Assembly: GCF_040938485.1 (NCBI RefSeq)
Contig: NW_027270942.1
Location: 2,046,001 to 2,110,000, forward strand
Direction of reading: 5' to 3'
Origin: Diadema antillarum
Lineage: Eukaryota
Length of the DNA stretch: 64,000 nt
Of this stretch, positions 14,918-50,900 are shown one piece after another. The notes under the pieces are model-generated. The model was given only the letters and a program-made list of their open reading frames with translations. It was not told the origin of the DNA and ran no database searches. How positions within the stretch are numbered: the first letter of the stretch is position 1; each line of letters opens with the position of its first letter. Made by a program: the position numbers and the translations under genes.

Positions 14918-17504
14918 TTAACGTATTCACCGATTGGCGGGGGAGGGGAGGGAGGAAATAATTTCGGGGACTGGATGTACAAAAGCACGTCTGCTTTGCG
15001 ACAATGGATGGGGAAGGTGTAAATAATGGACTGGGAACCATAACGCATGTAACATGTAACATTAAGACTCTACTTACTCTTACTCTACCGTTTATTTGTC
15101 TTGCTGGAGTATGTGAGGGAATGGCATCATGACCTTAAATAGTTTGTGAGACTGAGATAGCCAGCTGGCATCCCTGCAAAAACATGTGGAAAAGTTTTGA
15201 TATTATCAAAGAAACCTCCGTCGTTCCATTTGCTTGGTGGTATTCAAGGAGGGGATTACTCTTATATTCAATAGTGTACAAAAAGTACTTGATAGCGTAA
15301 CTAATTTGCAGTACTACTGTGATTCACACATTCTCATTTGAACAATGGCACTCGGTATTTTAGTTGCTTATAATAATGAAAACCTGCCCTGCTTAGAATT
15401 AGGAACAGAAATCAAATAAACTGCTACATAAAAACAAAACACGTAACCAAATGCGATGAACTTGATCAATTAAGTACAGACCACAAAATTAATAGGGCCT
15501 ACTGAACAACTATGCTTTGCACATCACAATAAACTCTGAAATAGGTTCTACTTTGCACCTTCACCTGTGTCACACTGGGAGCACCTTTACGGATGTAACT
15601 TTGTTACTTTGTGTAACACCTTTCAGACCAGTTGGGACCTTTAAAAGGTGCAACTTTGCACCTTCCTTGTCTCAAAGGTGCAAAGTTGCACCCGGAAATG
15701 TGGTCACAGTGCGACACTGGTAACTGTGCTCCCAGTGTGACAAAAGGTGAAAACTTTTTAGAGTGTAAGGGGATAAATTTTATCCAGGTCAGTATAAAGA
15801 GGTGAAATCCGCAAATGATTATCTGATAGCCGTGTGACTATGGCTTTTCATTTGCATTGCAAAGCATTTCCATCATACCCACTGAAATAAGTACGAGTAA
15901 TATCTACTTAAACATTATAAATTGATACCTACAACTAAAAATATTTCTCAATCTCCAAAGACCTATACACTACCTTACTTTGTACTGGTATCAATCGGCA
16001 AAACTCCAAAATGTTGTACAAATAATGATGAAGTTACTTTTGTCATTAACATTGTAAGGTGAAGAGAAGGAGGGGAATACATAATTATAAGAGAATATTG
16101 CTCTCACGTCTTTGAAGTGGTCTTGAAGAGTCCCAAGTCATTAGCCTGCCAATCAGGTACATGAACATGCACCTTACTTCCTAAACTAGGTCCGATTCAT
16201 TTATGTTAAAGATCTAGTCATAAAGAACAAAAAGGTTCAGAATTTGAATGTCACAGTAGTAAAATCTCGTCTTGCATTGCCTTTGGCAACATCCAAGACC
16301 AAAATCCTTTTTAAAAATGAAAGAAAATGTCAGTTGCTTAAACAAAAAGAAAAACAAAGAAAAAAATCAAAGACACGCGTCCGACACCAGGTGTTTCTGT
16401 TCCTTCAAAGAGCACCATATACTTAAACTCTAACGTCACCACCACATCATTACAGAGATAACAGACGGTTAAATAAAACGGATTACAGTGCTCGTGAAAC
16501 GGTTATGCGCTTATTTCGCAAACTAAATCCGACTAACAATTAATCATCTGTCTAATTTTTAAGACTACGGAGTATGAAGTACAAAGTAGTCCTTTCTCAT
16601 TTTAGTATTAATCGTCAATGAAATTTCAAGTATATTAACTTTAAACTCTAACTTGAATTGTATTGTTTTGCTTTGTTTTTAGGTCTTTTCGAGGATTGAT
16701 AATAAACCGATCTGAATATCCTCTCACTGGGTCTGCTCAAAGCGTATCTCTCTTCTGTCGGTATAAATATGTTTCAATTTCAATTTCAATTATTAATTTT
16801 GTTTCCGACGAAAACATTTAGACATCACTTTCTGTGATAACAGAAATTAAGGTAAGTAAAGCTATTTGGAATGAAAAGAGTTCCACAATATATTATCGGG
16901 CCAATAAAAATCTTTAAATCTGAAATTTTTATGGTCCGAGAAAGATATGTAGTGGCCCGAAATAAAAGCAAAAGTAACAATCCATCTTGAATCTTGAATT
17001 TCTAGTAGACCCAGGTCATCGGGCTACCGCTATTGTGGAGCCCTGTATATATGACAGACGAACTGAATTAAAAAAAAAAAAAAAACCTATAAAAAATAAA
17101 AGTATCACACTGTAGTGAATTATGCACTACTCTATTTCTGATAACCTTTGCTCTCCGTACGGCAGAATGATGAATAGTTCAGGATTGTTAATTGTTAATG
17201 TTAAATTGAAATATTTGCACCGATTTTTCAGTCTTTTAAATGTAGCCATGAGGACTTTTTTTTTTGTTGTTGTTGTCCCGGCTACCTCTGAAACACTGAA
17301 TTATTGATAATTATCTACGTCGATGAAGGGCAATTTGTAAATCAGTTGCAGTAAAAAAAAAATGCCGCAAGAATTAATCAATTAAGAAAGATGAATAAAA
17401 ATCTCCCAACAACACCATTCATATATTTAAAGGGCCCACTTGAGAGAGGACCACAAAATGATTGAAAATGTGTGTGTGTGTTTGTGTGTGTGTGTCTGTT
17501 TGTT

Positions 17505-17540
<36 letters not shown>

Positions 17541-18311
17541 ACGCCAGCCATACTTAGAATGATATGAGATGTGCCGAGATGAATTGATTATTCAATGACT
17601 GCTGAATTCATGTTGCTCTCGGACGATCATAGAATATTAATTAAAAAGCTGAATACGAGTGAATACGTTGAATAAGAAATTATAAGTCGGGTTGTCGACG
17701 TACGGGGCAACGTTAACCACTTTACGTTGCCTTATATAAACTGACTCCCATGTAAGGCATAATACAGTACACAATAACGAGTCTACTGGCAAATAGTGAC
17801 TGGAGCAAATAATTGTTTCAGACCTCCTCTGACATATATACATTTTTTAATCCATCAACGATAGCTAGAAAAACCATTGAGGTACTTTATATCCCTGCCC
17901 AACAATATTGCTCTGAGAGGATAATTGGAGGGAAAGATAATTTTGTCCATCTTGTCAACCAACATAAGTTCTAAACGAACAGTTTTTTTTTTAAGGTGAG
18001 ATGATAATCATAACACTCATAACTAAGATCATTGTCGTGGTACGTTTTTGTGCCATGAATTACCATATACTATAAGTCAAGTCAACATCTATTTGCTAAA
18101 TCTACATCTCTTGACACGGTATACATGCATATTTTTTTCTTCTGATTTTTAGCATTATCATATGCCATTACTTTGGCTATACACTTCCACTACTCTTCAA
18201 AAACTGGTCTCATACATCACCATCTCAGGGCCAACATATCCGCCAAAAGTGAATTTTAATAACGTACTAGTCTATTATTAATTTCCTCATTTCATTTTTT
18301 AATAATGATGT

Positions 18312-18782
18312 TTCAGTTTCAGTTTCAGTTTATCTTATTTAATCACGGCAATTTGCTTCAGCAAAGCTGTTCTTCTATAAATCCGTGAACAATATAAAAA
18401 TAGCAGAACTACATACAAAGTGCATATACAATAATAATGAACAAGTGTCAGGTAGCGACAAAAACAACGAAACATTAAAAAGGTACAGCAAAAAAAAAAG
18501 GAAACCGGAGCAAATACCCTATAGAGGAACATGTTATTTCAACAATATCAAGTAGAGACAGGGAGAAAGAAGGAGAGACAGAAAAAAAAAATCCTGGGCA
18601 GTTGCTTAGGCTACAGCAGATATACATCAAGAGCTCGTTTGAAACTCGACAGAGAGCTTACATTTCAAATCATAAGTTAACCAATTCCAACACTGGACTC
18701 CTCTACAGGAAAGAGTTCTTTTTCCGACTTCTGTTTTTACCTTACACAATATAAATTTCTTCACCAAAGCTAATAGGGTAAA
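18312..18782 (-). mobile_element. 5'-truncated LINE 3' end (L2/CR1-group-like)
   Basis: Absent from the paralogous site near 5130. (CTGAAA)n tail on -. Degenerate peptide KTEVGKRTLSCRGVQCWNWL resembles the C-terminal GKRxFSxRGxxxWNxL motif of L2/CR1-group ORF2. Possible ATGT TSD. Confidence 0.6.
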
Positions 18783-19969
18783 TGTCTTTACCCTATTAGA
18801 GCCCTGACATTTCTGCTTGATCTTGCTCATCAGCATCATCAGCACCTCAAGAACAGTATGTGGATTTCGTTTTAGCACCTTATTGTATTATCTAATATTG
18901 CAGTATTTCTTTTTTTTTTTGCTGTGTTTTCTCTTGCTGTTCACACGTTTTGCTACTACTTTCGAAATTAAGTCTTCAACATCAATACCGCAAAACCAAT
19001 GTCTGTGCAAATTTACTCTACAAAACTAAAAACGTTTTTGTTGTCTTATCTTGATACGTTTACCTATAAACAAACGTGTAATTATCATGACAAAGCAAGT
19101 TTTGACAGCCCTCGAAAAAATGCATCTTAAAAAGCTGCACATGAAAGCCAACCTATGTATGAGATATCACTTTAAACGCTTAAACGCTTTCACACCACGG
19201 AAGCAGTCTAGTTTCACATCAGACCTAACCTACCCACCAATCACAATGATTTCCATCCACCCCTTTGCACTTTGTTTGGTTTGGCAAAGGTATAGATAAG
19301 TTACATTATTAAAATAGATAAAGAGATAAAATAAAAAAGACGCCTTAAACTACCACATGATCCATTCGTGTGACCGCATGACCAATACGTAAAAAACGGT
19401 CCATGACGGGTGATGACAGTCTGTCCAGAATCTCCAAAATGGCGGCAATAATGCAGCGTAGTTTTTTCCCCTCCCTTATTAATTTGATTTCGTTTTCTTT
19501 AAATGAAACAAGATACCAGTATATGAATTGTTAGTATGTATTAGATTATTATTAGATATTCAAAACTGAATGACACTGAATAACAACTGAATAACAACAG
19601 CAACAACCTGTTTGAAGAAACACTCGTACATAATTTTAGGTTTTGTTTAATATCCATGATTTTGTAATGCCCATGATTAAAGTAAATACATTAGTGGTTA
19701 CAATCATTTTTGACAAAAGTTAAGTTACTACATTCAGGGCTTTCGATACATTCCATTGAAACAAATCCAGGCTCGTGCAGGAACGTCTTTGTTTTAGGCC
19801 AATTTTCTTTTTCAAAAAGACACGTGATGATAGTCTTTGACGTCAGTGCGGTATATGCGAGTACGTGTCAGAATATCAAAGTGACGTAACCGGAACGATG
19901 GATCGTCATTTATCACTAATCCTCTTATAGAAACATGTGAAGCCACCAGGTGACGGACTTTTCATCCTC

Positions 19970-20032
19970 TATAAAAGCTGGAAGAGGAGACGATTCTGTT
20001 ACTGGTTCCAAGCCATCATCAAGAAGACACTG
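19970..20032 (+). promoter_or_regulatory. TATA box and predicted non-coding leader exon of protease copy 3
   Basis: TATAAAA at 19970-19976; GTAAGT donor at 20033-20038; AG acceptor at 20523-20524 three bases before ATG 20528. Same architecture as copy 2. Confidence 0.6.
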
Positions 20033-20527
20033 GTAAGTGATCACTAGAATTTCAGTACTCTGTATTGATTTCAGTATACCAGTTTAATGGATCGACACCT
20101 TTGTGTCAGATGGGATACAGCGATCCGCCTTCATGGCCTTAAGAATCGGAATTTCCGACCAGTTGTTTCAAACTTATCCCAATATGTTTTTGGATCTTTG
20201 GAACATCCAATGACACTTCTTCGACAATGGATCGTGTGAGGTATATGGGTGTATTTAGTATAGTAGAAAATAAATTCACCCAACATTACCAGTGCAGATC
20301 GTAGTCAAAATTCCATAACCGAGTAGACGTCATACAGGCTCGTTCAATAATTATCATTAATGTGCAACATTATGTTTTATTACATTCATGACTGACCTCT
20401 TCCAATTAATTTTGCTCAGGTGAGTTTTTGAGATTTACAAATTTATCTAAACTGATATATCAGTGGAATATCTTCTTTTTTTATATTGATTGAGAAAAAT
20501 CTTTGTCTCAACTCTTAAATCCAGAAA

Positions 20528-25803
<5,276 letters not shown>

Positions 25804-25955
25804 GTGGTTCTACAAGAATCAAACCAAACAGAAATATGAAAAAAGAGAAAACTGCTGCAAGATTTTACGTCTGCCTAATCAATCGTTTTCAATTTGACCC
25901 CTTGGAAAAAGGGGAAACAGAAATCACTGAAATCCTCCACTGACTTGATGTCGTC

Positions 25956-25961
25956 AATAAA
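25956..25961 (+). terminator. Candidate polyadenylation signal of protease copy 3
   Basis: AATAAA ~150 nt after TAG 25803. Confidence 0.5.
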
Positions 25962-26786
25962 GTGTCAGAAATATGATCCCCAAATATCATACTTGCCTGT
26001 ATTTTCTTCTTGTGTATTCAGAGATATCCTTAATTAGAAATAACTACTCAGCGCTGACGATCCTGAAAAGAAATACAACGTTACATAAAATAAAAGCTAT
26101 TAGGAAAGGAGTGTGTGATTGATGTGAATTGAAAGAGTGTGGATGTGCTTGTAAGCCTACGTGTTACTACATTACAATAAATAATGGAATAAGGTATGTA
26201 TGCACTCTAATGGCTGTTGCATAACGGATCACTATTCGAGCTCCGAAAACGTTGAACATTATTCAAAGATGGACATTATGCAACAATGTAGAAAATAGTA
26301 TTCGTTCAAAGAGAATACAATGACGGGGAAAACAAGTATATTACATCCACCCATAGTTGCCCCTCTCGCAAAGATCTTCAAGTGCTAGCAACACAACACA
26401 ACACTAAGGTCAATAGATTTAAAATCTGAACGCGGATGAATAACAATCAACATTTTGAATATCACTGAATCAATGGTAATCAGTCATAATCAATAATATC
26501 ATGTACAAATACATGAGTAAATGGAATGTACATTTGTTGACATACCAACCGATTAGGCTTTTTCATTCTTCTTTTTTAGTACAACTGTTACAGAGCAACC
26601 ATGGAAACATTCAAATGGAGGTTGTTCTTATTTGAGGGGGTTGAGGGAGTAGCGTGAGGAGATAAATGATAAAAGAACAATGTTAATGCTGGATGTATCC
26701 CTTTATGAATGCAAATTCCTCAATCCTGACCATGAGGCTCGATAAATCTGACTTCCTGAAATTTTACCAGCGATCATAATTATGTA

Positions 26787-26790
<4 letters not shown>

Positions 26791-26837
<47 letters not shown>
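26791..26837. repeat. (TA)n microsatellite
   Basis: TA run directly abutting the 26836-27125 palindrome. Confidence 0.95.
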
Positions 26838-26840
<3 letters not shown>

Positions 26841-27125
26841 CAACAGTAGGTCAATATAAACTCCGTTGAAGACGTAAATTTGACGAATTTTCGCCCATAG
26901 GGCTTTGTCAAGTCAATACATTTGACACTTTATTTTGAAGCAGATCAAAATAAAAGATGCGTCGTCACTGTGATGGTAGCGCGTCCATCACAGTGACGAC
27001 GCATCTTTTATTTTGATCTGCTTCAAAATAAAGTGTCAAATGTATTGACTTGACAAAGCCCTATGGGCGAAAATTCGTCAAATTTACGTCTTCAACGGAG
27101 TTTATATTGACCTACTGTTGTGAAT
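26836..27125. mobile_element. Perfect palindrome (141-bp arms, 8-nt loop), putative Penelope-like element end pair
   Basis: 26836-26976 is the reverse complement of 26985-27125; loop TAGCGCGT; flanked by (TA)n and CTATA. Confidence 0.8.
27045..27081 (+). ncRNA. Minimal type I hammerhead ribozyme motif, U3-A8 core variant (mirror copy on - strand 26880-26916)
   Basis: TTGAC | TTGACAA (27050-56) A | GCCC-TAT-GGGC | GAAA (27069-72) AT TC^ | GTCAA. 5-bp stem I; AAUU is self-complementary. Confidence 0.7.
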
Positions 27126-27156
27126 CTATACTTTCTTATGACTCCGAGCAGAAACT

Positions 27157-27316
27157 NNNNNNNNNNNNNNNNNNNNNNNNNNNNNNNNNNNNNNNNNNNN
27201 NNNNNNNNNNNNNNNNNNNNNNNNNNNNNNNNNNNNNNNNNNNNNNNNNNNNNNNNNNNNNNNNNNNNNNNNNNNNNNNNNNNNNNNNNNNNNNNNNNNN
27301 NNNNNNNNNNNNNNNN
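27157..27316. other. Assembly gap (160 N)
   Basis: N run next to the palindrome and TA repeats. Confidence 1.
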
Positions 27317-28910
27317 ATATATATTTATACATTAAAAATTTCTTCATAATATCAAGAGTGTAGGAGATACAAGGCACATACAACATGCGATGTTTTCATC
27401 TGCGTTGCTTATTGAACATATTAGTTGTTTATGAACCATTACAAGAAAAAAAAATCTACAAAAACTTAACAATTCAAATTTACCTGAATAAACGCTTTAA
27501 AAAATGTAAGTAATATTCCCCAAACATTGATGCTTTGGTATCCAGTTAAACTTCTTAAACCTTATCAACCTTATCACACATTTCTCTTTCCTTCCCCTTT
27601 CTCCAACTCTCTCTAGATTTCAGGTCCTTCTTTCTACTATCTCCACATCCTCCCTTGTGTTTACCTTTTTCTCTCCTCGTTCACCTCTTTTATTTCTGTC
27701 TCCATTGTCTCCTTCTTTCATGTTTTCTTATCATTCATTCAAACCAACCTTACTCACTCCTCTCATATACTGGCTTCCTATCTAGTAAACTATGAAATAG
27801 TTGTATCGGAATGTAACAAGATTTTTCACTCAGTGCACGTCAGGGCTTCCTAATAGTGACATTTTACAAGATTTATTTTGCCGATGATGATAAAAGCAAA
27901 CTTTTGTTTCCAGTTTCGTCACGAAATTCCTTGTGCGCCCTCCTGATGGGGAGGGGCGAAGTACTACAGGTCACAAAGAAGGCAAAAAAAAAAAAGAAGA
28001 AAAAAAAGAAAAGAAAAGAAGACCAGATACAAAGTACTTGTAGATACAAAATGTATGTTGTTGTATGTTCGGACACTAGTTTCAAATATATGGTCGATGA
28101 TTGGTGGTTATGGGATTACTTGTGACCCCAAGATTCCCCCCCCCCCCTCGTATTTGACACAAGTTGGAGAGTGCTGTCGGTGGCAGAGGATGCAGCTCGA
28201 ACCTCGCGCACAGCGCACTTTTGTTTCGACGAGGTGATGTGCCTGTTTTCATCTCACCGTGCCCTTATACATGGTGATCTTGCAGCACAACTCCGGACGG
28301 TCCCGAGCATGATGTCGATGCTCCCCATGAACTTTAAGGTAATCTCTTGCTGGGTTCAGGAGAGGTGGAGGCGGAGGACTGGGGTCCGTATACAGCCTCC
28401 TATCGTAACTGTTGGCACATATTTGTCTAAATTAATTTTCATCTGCCTCTTTGCAAGACCAGGGGACCGTTTCATGAAACTTTTTGTCAGTGATTTACAC
28501 TGACAACTGTTAAAAGCTACTGAAATCCTTGCGTCTGATTGGCTGATAGCAAATTTGTCGGTGAAAACCTCCGACGAACTCGTTGATGAAACGCCCCCAG
28601 ATGTTCTGAAACTCCTTTTGCAGCGTTATACTTGCACAGGCAAGAGCATTTTTCTTGGCTTGTGACATAAGGGATCGTGCTGATGCGCTCATTAAGAGCG
28701 GATGTTTCACTGTCAGTATTATTTTGTATTATAGCATAATCATTCACATCAAACCAGTCATAGCGTTCTACTGGTTAATAGAGGAGACATGTTAAATAGG
28801 AGTATAATAGACAACGTCTCTGAAGCCCTTCTGTATGTAGCCCCATTGATCTGTGATGTGTCTATCCCGTCTGCGTTCAAGACCAACGCTCTGCAAGTGT
28901 TTCGTCGGTT

Positions 28911-29795
28911 ACAGTTCGTTATTCCGAAGGTTCCCTATGCCGAATGTTCGTAATTCTTAAAATGAAATAAGCTTCATAATTCTGACGTTTCATTAATCCA
29001 AAAAATGAAATAAGGTTCGTTATTCTAAAAAGTTATTTGATCTGAAAGTGCGATAAGGTTCCTTAATCCGAAAACGAAAAAAAAAATGTTTGTTGGTCCG
29101 AAGGTTCGTTCATCCGAAAATGAAAATCAGAGGTTTGTTAATCGGAAAACAGAAATGAAGCTCGCAATTCCGAAAAAAAAAACTTTATTCAGTTACAAGA
29201 TACGATGTTGCAGCTAAAGAACAAAATGGTAGAATATTAAGGAATGAAATTTAATGAAAACACCACATATACAGAGCCATGTATGTAAATACACATAAAG
29301 TAAACACAGGCAATATGCATACTTATTGGCAAAGTAGAATACAATCTTACGTGTAATCATTATGTTACACAATATTGATGAAAACAAAAGTAATACACTG
29401 TATTTTCTTCTTCTCCTCCGTATGCCATTCAATTTTCAATTCAAAATGATTTCATTTCCATAATTATAAGGTAATACAAAGTATACATAACGCCTAACAT
29501 GAGTACATGATATTTAAAGGAACTTTGAATCACGTAAGTTTCAACAAAACCATCCTTCCTCCTCTTCACCACAGATCATTCAGTTTTTCAGAATAAGGAA
29601 CGTTATTTCATTTTCGGATTAACGAACCTTCAGAATAACGACCATTCATTTCATTTCCGATCACTGTTGCCGATGAACGAATCTTCGGCATTGTCGGAAT
29701 AACAAAATTTACTTCATTTCCGGAATAAGGGAATTCAGTATGTTTATAGATATAGGGAATTTGCGTGTTTCAAAATAACGTATACCTTCTGAAGA
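28911..29795. mobile_element. Degenerate fold-back element with subterminal repeats
   Basis: Left block (~28911-29175) has repeated AAGGTTCGTTATTCCGAA-like units; right block (~29585-29795) has the reverse-complement TTCGGAATAACGAACCTT-like units. Confidence 0.5.
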
Positions 29796-30777
29796 CATAC
29801 CATATCACCCCGGGTTCTGTCTACCCTCTCATAAGAAGACGTTACGGTCGCGCCCACGCTAAAGGCACTGTCGTATGGACCTCAAGTCCCATCATGACCT
29901 GGTGGTGCCAACTGCTTGACCGATCACCGTCTCCGCTTTAGTGTTCAAGTTCAGGCTTCGCATTCTGCCCAGGAGAGAACAACCAAAGATTTGCAAAAAT
30001 CCAAACTGGCTAAATGTTTCCCAGCTTAAAAAAAGAAGACAAATGCACAAGCAAGGTTGTAAAAGATTAGTATTCTTGGACGACCAGGGAAAAATGTAAA
30101 GTAAAACGAAATGAGAGTATAATATACGTAGACCTATATATAAACCATTATGATTATCTTATGATAGACACATACACAGAAAAACAAGGAATGTGAATAG
30201 ACAAGGAAAATGAAAGGAAGCAAGGTGAGACAAATATATAAAGGGATAACTATTATCAACTCATTTTCCCGGCAAAGAAAGTAAGAAAGGGCAAAAACGT
30301 AGTTTGCATTCCTTGCCAGTGGTACGTGTAAACAACAGAGCCGGTTAAGCTGCTGCAAACGTGAGAGGGCGTTTTACATCGATTACTGACAGTATTCTTT
30401 ACTGCACACTAGAATCGTTTGTCTTTGTATGTACGCTCTCAATCGGGACTTGTACAGAAATATTACATGTGCAAAAGAACGCATCTTAGAAGAGCCTGAA
30501 ACCATTTTCTTTTAATTTACAATTATTATCACATCATGATGTGTGACATTTTATGACGGCATGTTCATAGTACAAATATTACAGTATTGTACGAGGCATA
30601 AAAGGCCATAAAGTGCTTGCTTGTTACGGATACCATACGTTGGCTGCTTTGTATAGTGTCTATGTTCAGTTCACTTTGCCTGTGCGATATGCTCCAGATA
30701 CTATGCACTAACGACTGAATGAAGTTACACAGCACGCATTCAGAAAAATATTATGCTCAGCAGCTAGTCGGGAGTCC

Positions 30778-30787
30778 GTCACATGAT
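30778..30787 (+). promoter_or_regulatory. CLEAR/M-box-like E-box upstream of the V-ATPase B start
   Basis: GTCACATGAT ~300 nt upstream of ATG 31079, in a CpG-rich stretch; GTCACGTGAT also at 31784-31793 in intron 1. Confidence 0.4.
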
Positions 30788-31078
30788 CGACCATCAGCTC
30801 ACGGATCACTCATACTTGTACACGCTGTATGTACGAGACGATATTTTCCAGCACAGTACACCACCATTACAGCTAGGTGGCCCACGATAAGTTGCTCGAT
30901 ACTCGAGTCCTAGCTCGGATCGCTCGCAGCTCGACAGAGGTACTTTGATCGAGATCAAGAGGGAGAAAATATCACACCCAGCCAGCTAGCTAATGCCAGT
31001 GAAACTATAATTCTCTAACAGTGACACTTTGATCAGTTCTACCCCGGTCTCTAAAACTGTGTAATCCATCCGCCAACA

Positions 31079-47953
<16,875 letters not shown>

Positions 47954-50900
47954 AAGACCTCTATCCGTGTTCGCTTACTATGTCAAGATCCCGCTCTTTC
48001 TTCATACCCGTCTAGTGGGCATTTGTCTTGTGCTTAATGAGCATTAACCTTTTCTTGTTCTATTTTTTTCTTTCCTTTGGGGCAGTAATGTATGTGGATG
48101 AAACGGTTTTGCTGGTATCTGTTGTATGCGTCATACCTTGAGTTGTACTGGAAATGTGTTCCCTGCTACTTAATTGCTGTGGTATCCATCTCCTGAGACA
48201 GCCTTTTTCTGTCAAAAGGACAATACATTGAGAAGCTAGGACAACAGTCATCATTGATTGTTATTCTACATCACACCAAGGTATGCAAACTATGTGAGTC
48301 AGAACTTACACATGTTAGGTTTTTAGTAAAGGACACTTGCAAATGGATGTGTAATTGCAGAGATTGGAATTTCATCCGTCTGGACTTGAAAATAGATACA
48401 GCTGGGTGAAATTTCATCTATCTTTTTGTCAGTTTAATGAGAACTTGTCACTGCACATGGCAGCTTGCCAGGATGGCTATTTAGGAGGCTTGTAAAAGTG
48501 AACTGTATGTCTCCTCCAACCAAGGTGTGTTAGGTTTATCCATTTGATAGGAAGGGCAAGGCATTTAGGGTTGGATCCAGCAAGAAAGAAGAATCTTATC
48601 TCTCCGGCATCTGTACACAGTATGTTTGTTTGACACAGCTGGCCGTGGAATGGTTCGTGAAGGAGCAGAAAATGGTGACTTATTTGATATTTGCAACTGC
48701 AGACTTTGGGTATTTGGCTGTCAACTCATGAAAAATATATTGGTTGCAAGAGGTAGCATATCAATGAATGGTGCTTGGCACGCAAGTGGGTCAGTACGTA
48801 CATGTATTACCATGTGAGTTTAAGGGAAAGTTGATATTGGTTGTTCACATAGTCATGTGATCAGTTATAGATATTTGTTATGTTCATTTTTTTTGTTGAG
48901 ATAGTGTAGGTCAGGTAGAGATGTGAGACATGTAGGACAATCACTCTACTGCACGCATATTGGACAATTAAATGTTTTGTTTTCATTTCTTACTTTTTTT
49001 AATCTGCTCAAGTGAATCAGTGAATAATCTGTGCATTTTGTGAGCATTTGACTTGGTGAAAATATTAACCCTGGCTTGCTTCCATGAAGAAACTTCTTCT
49101 TCAGTTTCAATTGGTCATTTTTAATGCATGTACACCTCGAAAGTTGAAGGGGACACATTTGATATACACAAGTATTGGCACTTTAAAGAACCAAACACAA
49201 GAACACTGTATACATGTAGCAAACAATGAAAGAGCCCACTTGATATCATATTTGTAATGGTCTGTATTGTGAGGCCAAAGGAATTAGGAAGAACTCACTG
49301 GATATGCATGTACATTCTGTCATTACTTCAGCAACAAGAAGTTAATGTGAACTTTGGATGTCAAGTAAGATGCCTTTCTCATTGACAATTAGAACACTAC
49401 CTTCACAAATTGTGAGTAATAGTGATAAAAATTCTTGTGCATTGCGTTTCGGCTAGCAGAGACGGCAAGGCATCTTTGGAGTAGCCGAAGTAGGTGAAAC
49501 AAGGAGCGCAGAAGCAAAATATTTCAATGTTTGGTATAGCTCTTTGTAGATTACAGCTTCTCAATCGCACATGGTCGGCATGTTCATGTTTGCTGCTCCC
49601 AGGGTTGTATATTATTTGATTTTTTTGTGTTTACATGGATGTGCTAGCCGTCCCAGTATGTATGAAGTACATAATTATACGTCCACAGTATGTAAGCTAT
49701 GCATGTTGACCTCTGCATTCAAAGAACTTGCCTGTCCAAGGACAAATGGATGGATTCCAAGCCTGTCCAGACCAGTTCTTTTTTTTTTTTTCTGCTCTGA
49801 AATTTGTGCTGCAGATGTGTTTTCTATTGTCTCCTACTCGTCTTGGTGGGTCTGTAAAGGGTCTTGCGCTGATAGCTGATACAAAACAAATGAACAAACA
49901 AACAAAGAAGGATAATTACCAAATGCGAAAAATAAATATGTTAGCAATGTCTTTAGCTACATTGTACATCATAGTTGCAAATAGAAGCTTGGTTTTGTGC
50001 ATTTCTGCTCCTTTGTCTAATATCCTCTAGTTCATGTGGAATGTTTATGTAAATGCTTTTCCAATTTGTGCCAAGAGATGCCATAGATATTATAGTGTTG
50101 GTTAGTATTGACAAACTTACATGTCTGAGCTGTAGAATCCTTATAGTTTGGATGCTACAGTGGAGTCCAGTATGCTTTGTATTGGTTTGCCCCCAGTTGT
50201 GACTGAAGAAGCTGTGCTCTGCCGGCCCATTCGGGACCTGTTTGACTCCATCCTCTCAAGCAGGAAGCTTGATTGAAGAAAAATTGCGCAACAGCATTTT
50301 AGTTTCAAGAACTTTTGTTTTAGCAGCGCAAGTCAACTGTTTGTCTATTCATTTTTCTCAGTGTTAATGCTTCAAACCAAATGCTACAATAGCTAATACA
50401 ACTGTATATGAATACAACCATGCCAAATTATTACAGCGATGCAAAGTTGACAATCGTCAGCAAATCCAGATGAGAATAATAACGTTGGTGACTTGCTTGT
50501 GGTATTCCCTTTTTATTTATCATCACATGCACAGTAGTGAAGCCATGAAGATGTTTTAGCCCAAAATGTGTGCAGATTTTGATCTGGTAACCTATATTTT
50601 AGAGTCCATGGAGCAATGTCCTGTTCACCAGCAGAATCTTGATTTGTGTGGGAGAAATGTGCGATTAGACATTCCAGCGTGAGCCAGATTTTAGAATTAT
50701 TCTTCTCTCTGGGGGGATGTGATTCGGAGTATGGTATTTTAGTGGCCCTGTGTAGGTAGGAAATGATTACGGTTGTCAAAAAAGACAAGCATGTTAAACG
50801 AAACTTTTGGAGAGAAAAATGTGCATGCATATTTTTGTGCTATGTGTTGTCTAGATGGGGGATGGAAAGTGATGGGTTGTATTATATTGTTAATCAGTGG

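Noticed and set aside
26053-26080. Other CTGANGA occurrences (e.g. near 318, 10083, 26055, 60756, 62211) as hammerheads
   Set aside because: No stem II followed by GAAA and no stem I pairing.
28911-29795. CRISPR-like array
   Set aside because: Eukaryotic context; the repeats are degenerate, irregularly spaced and inverted between the two blocks, as in fold-back transposons.
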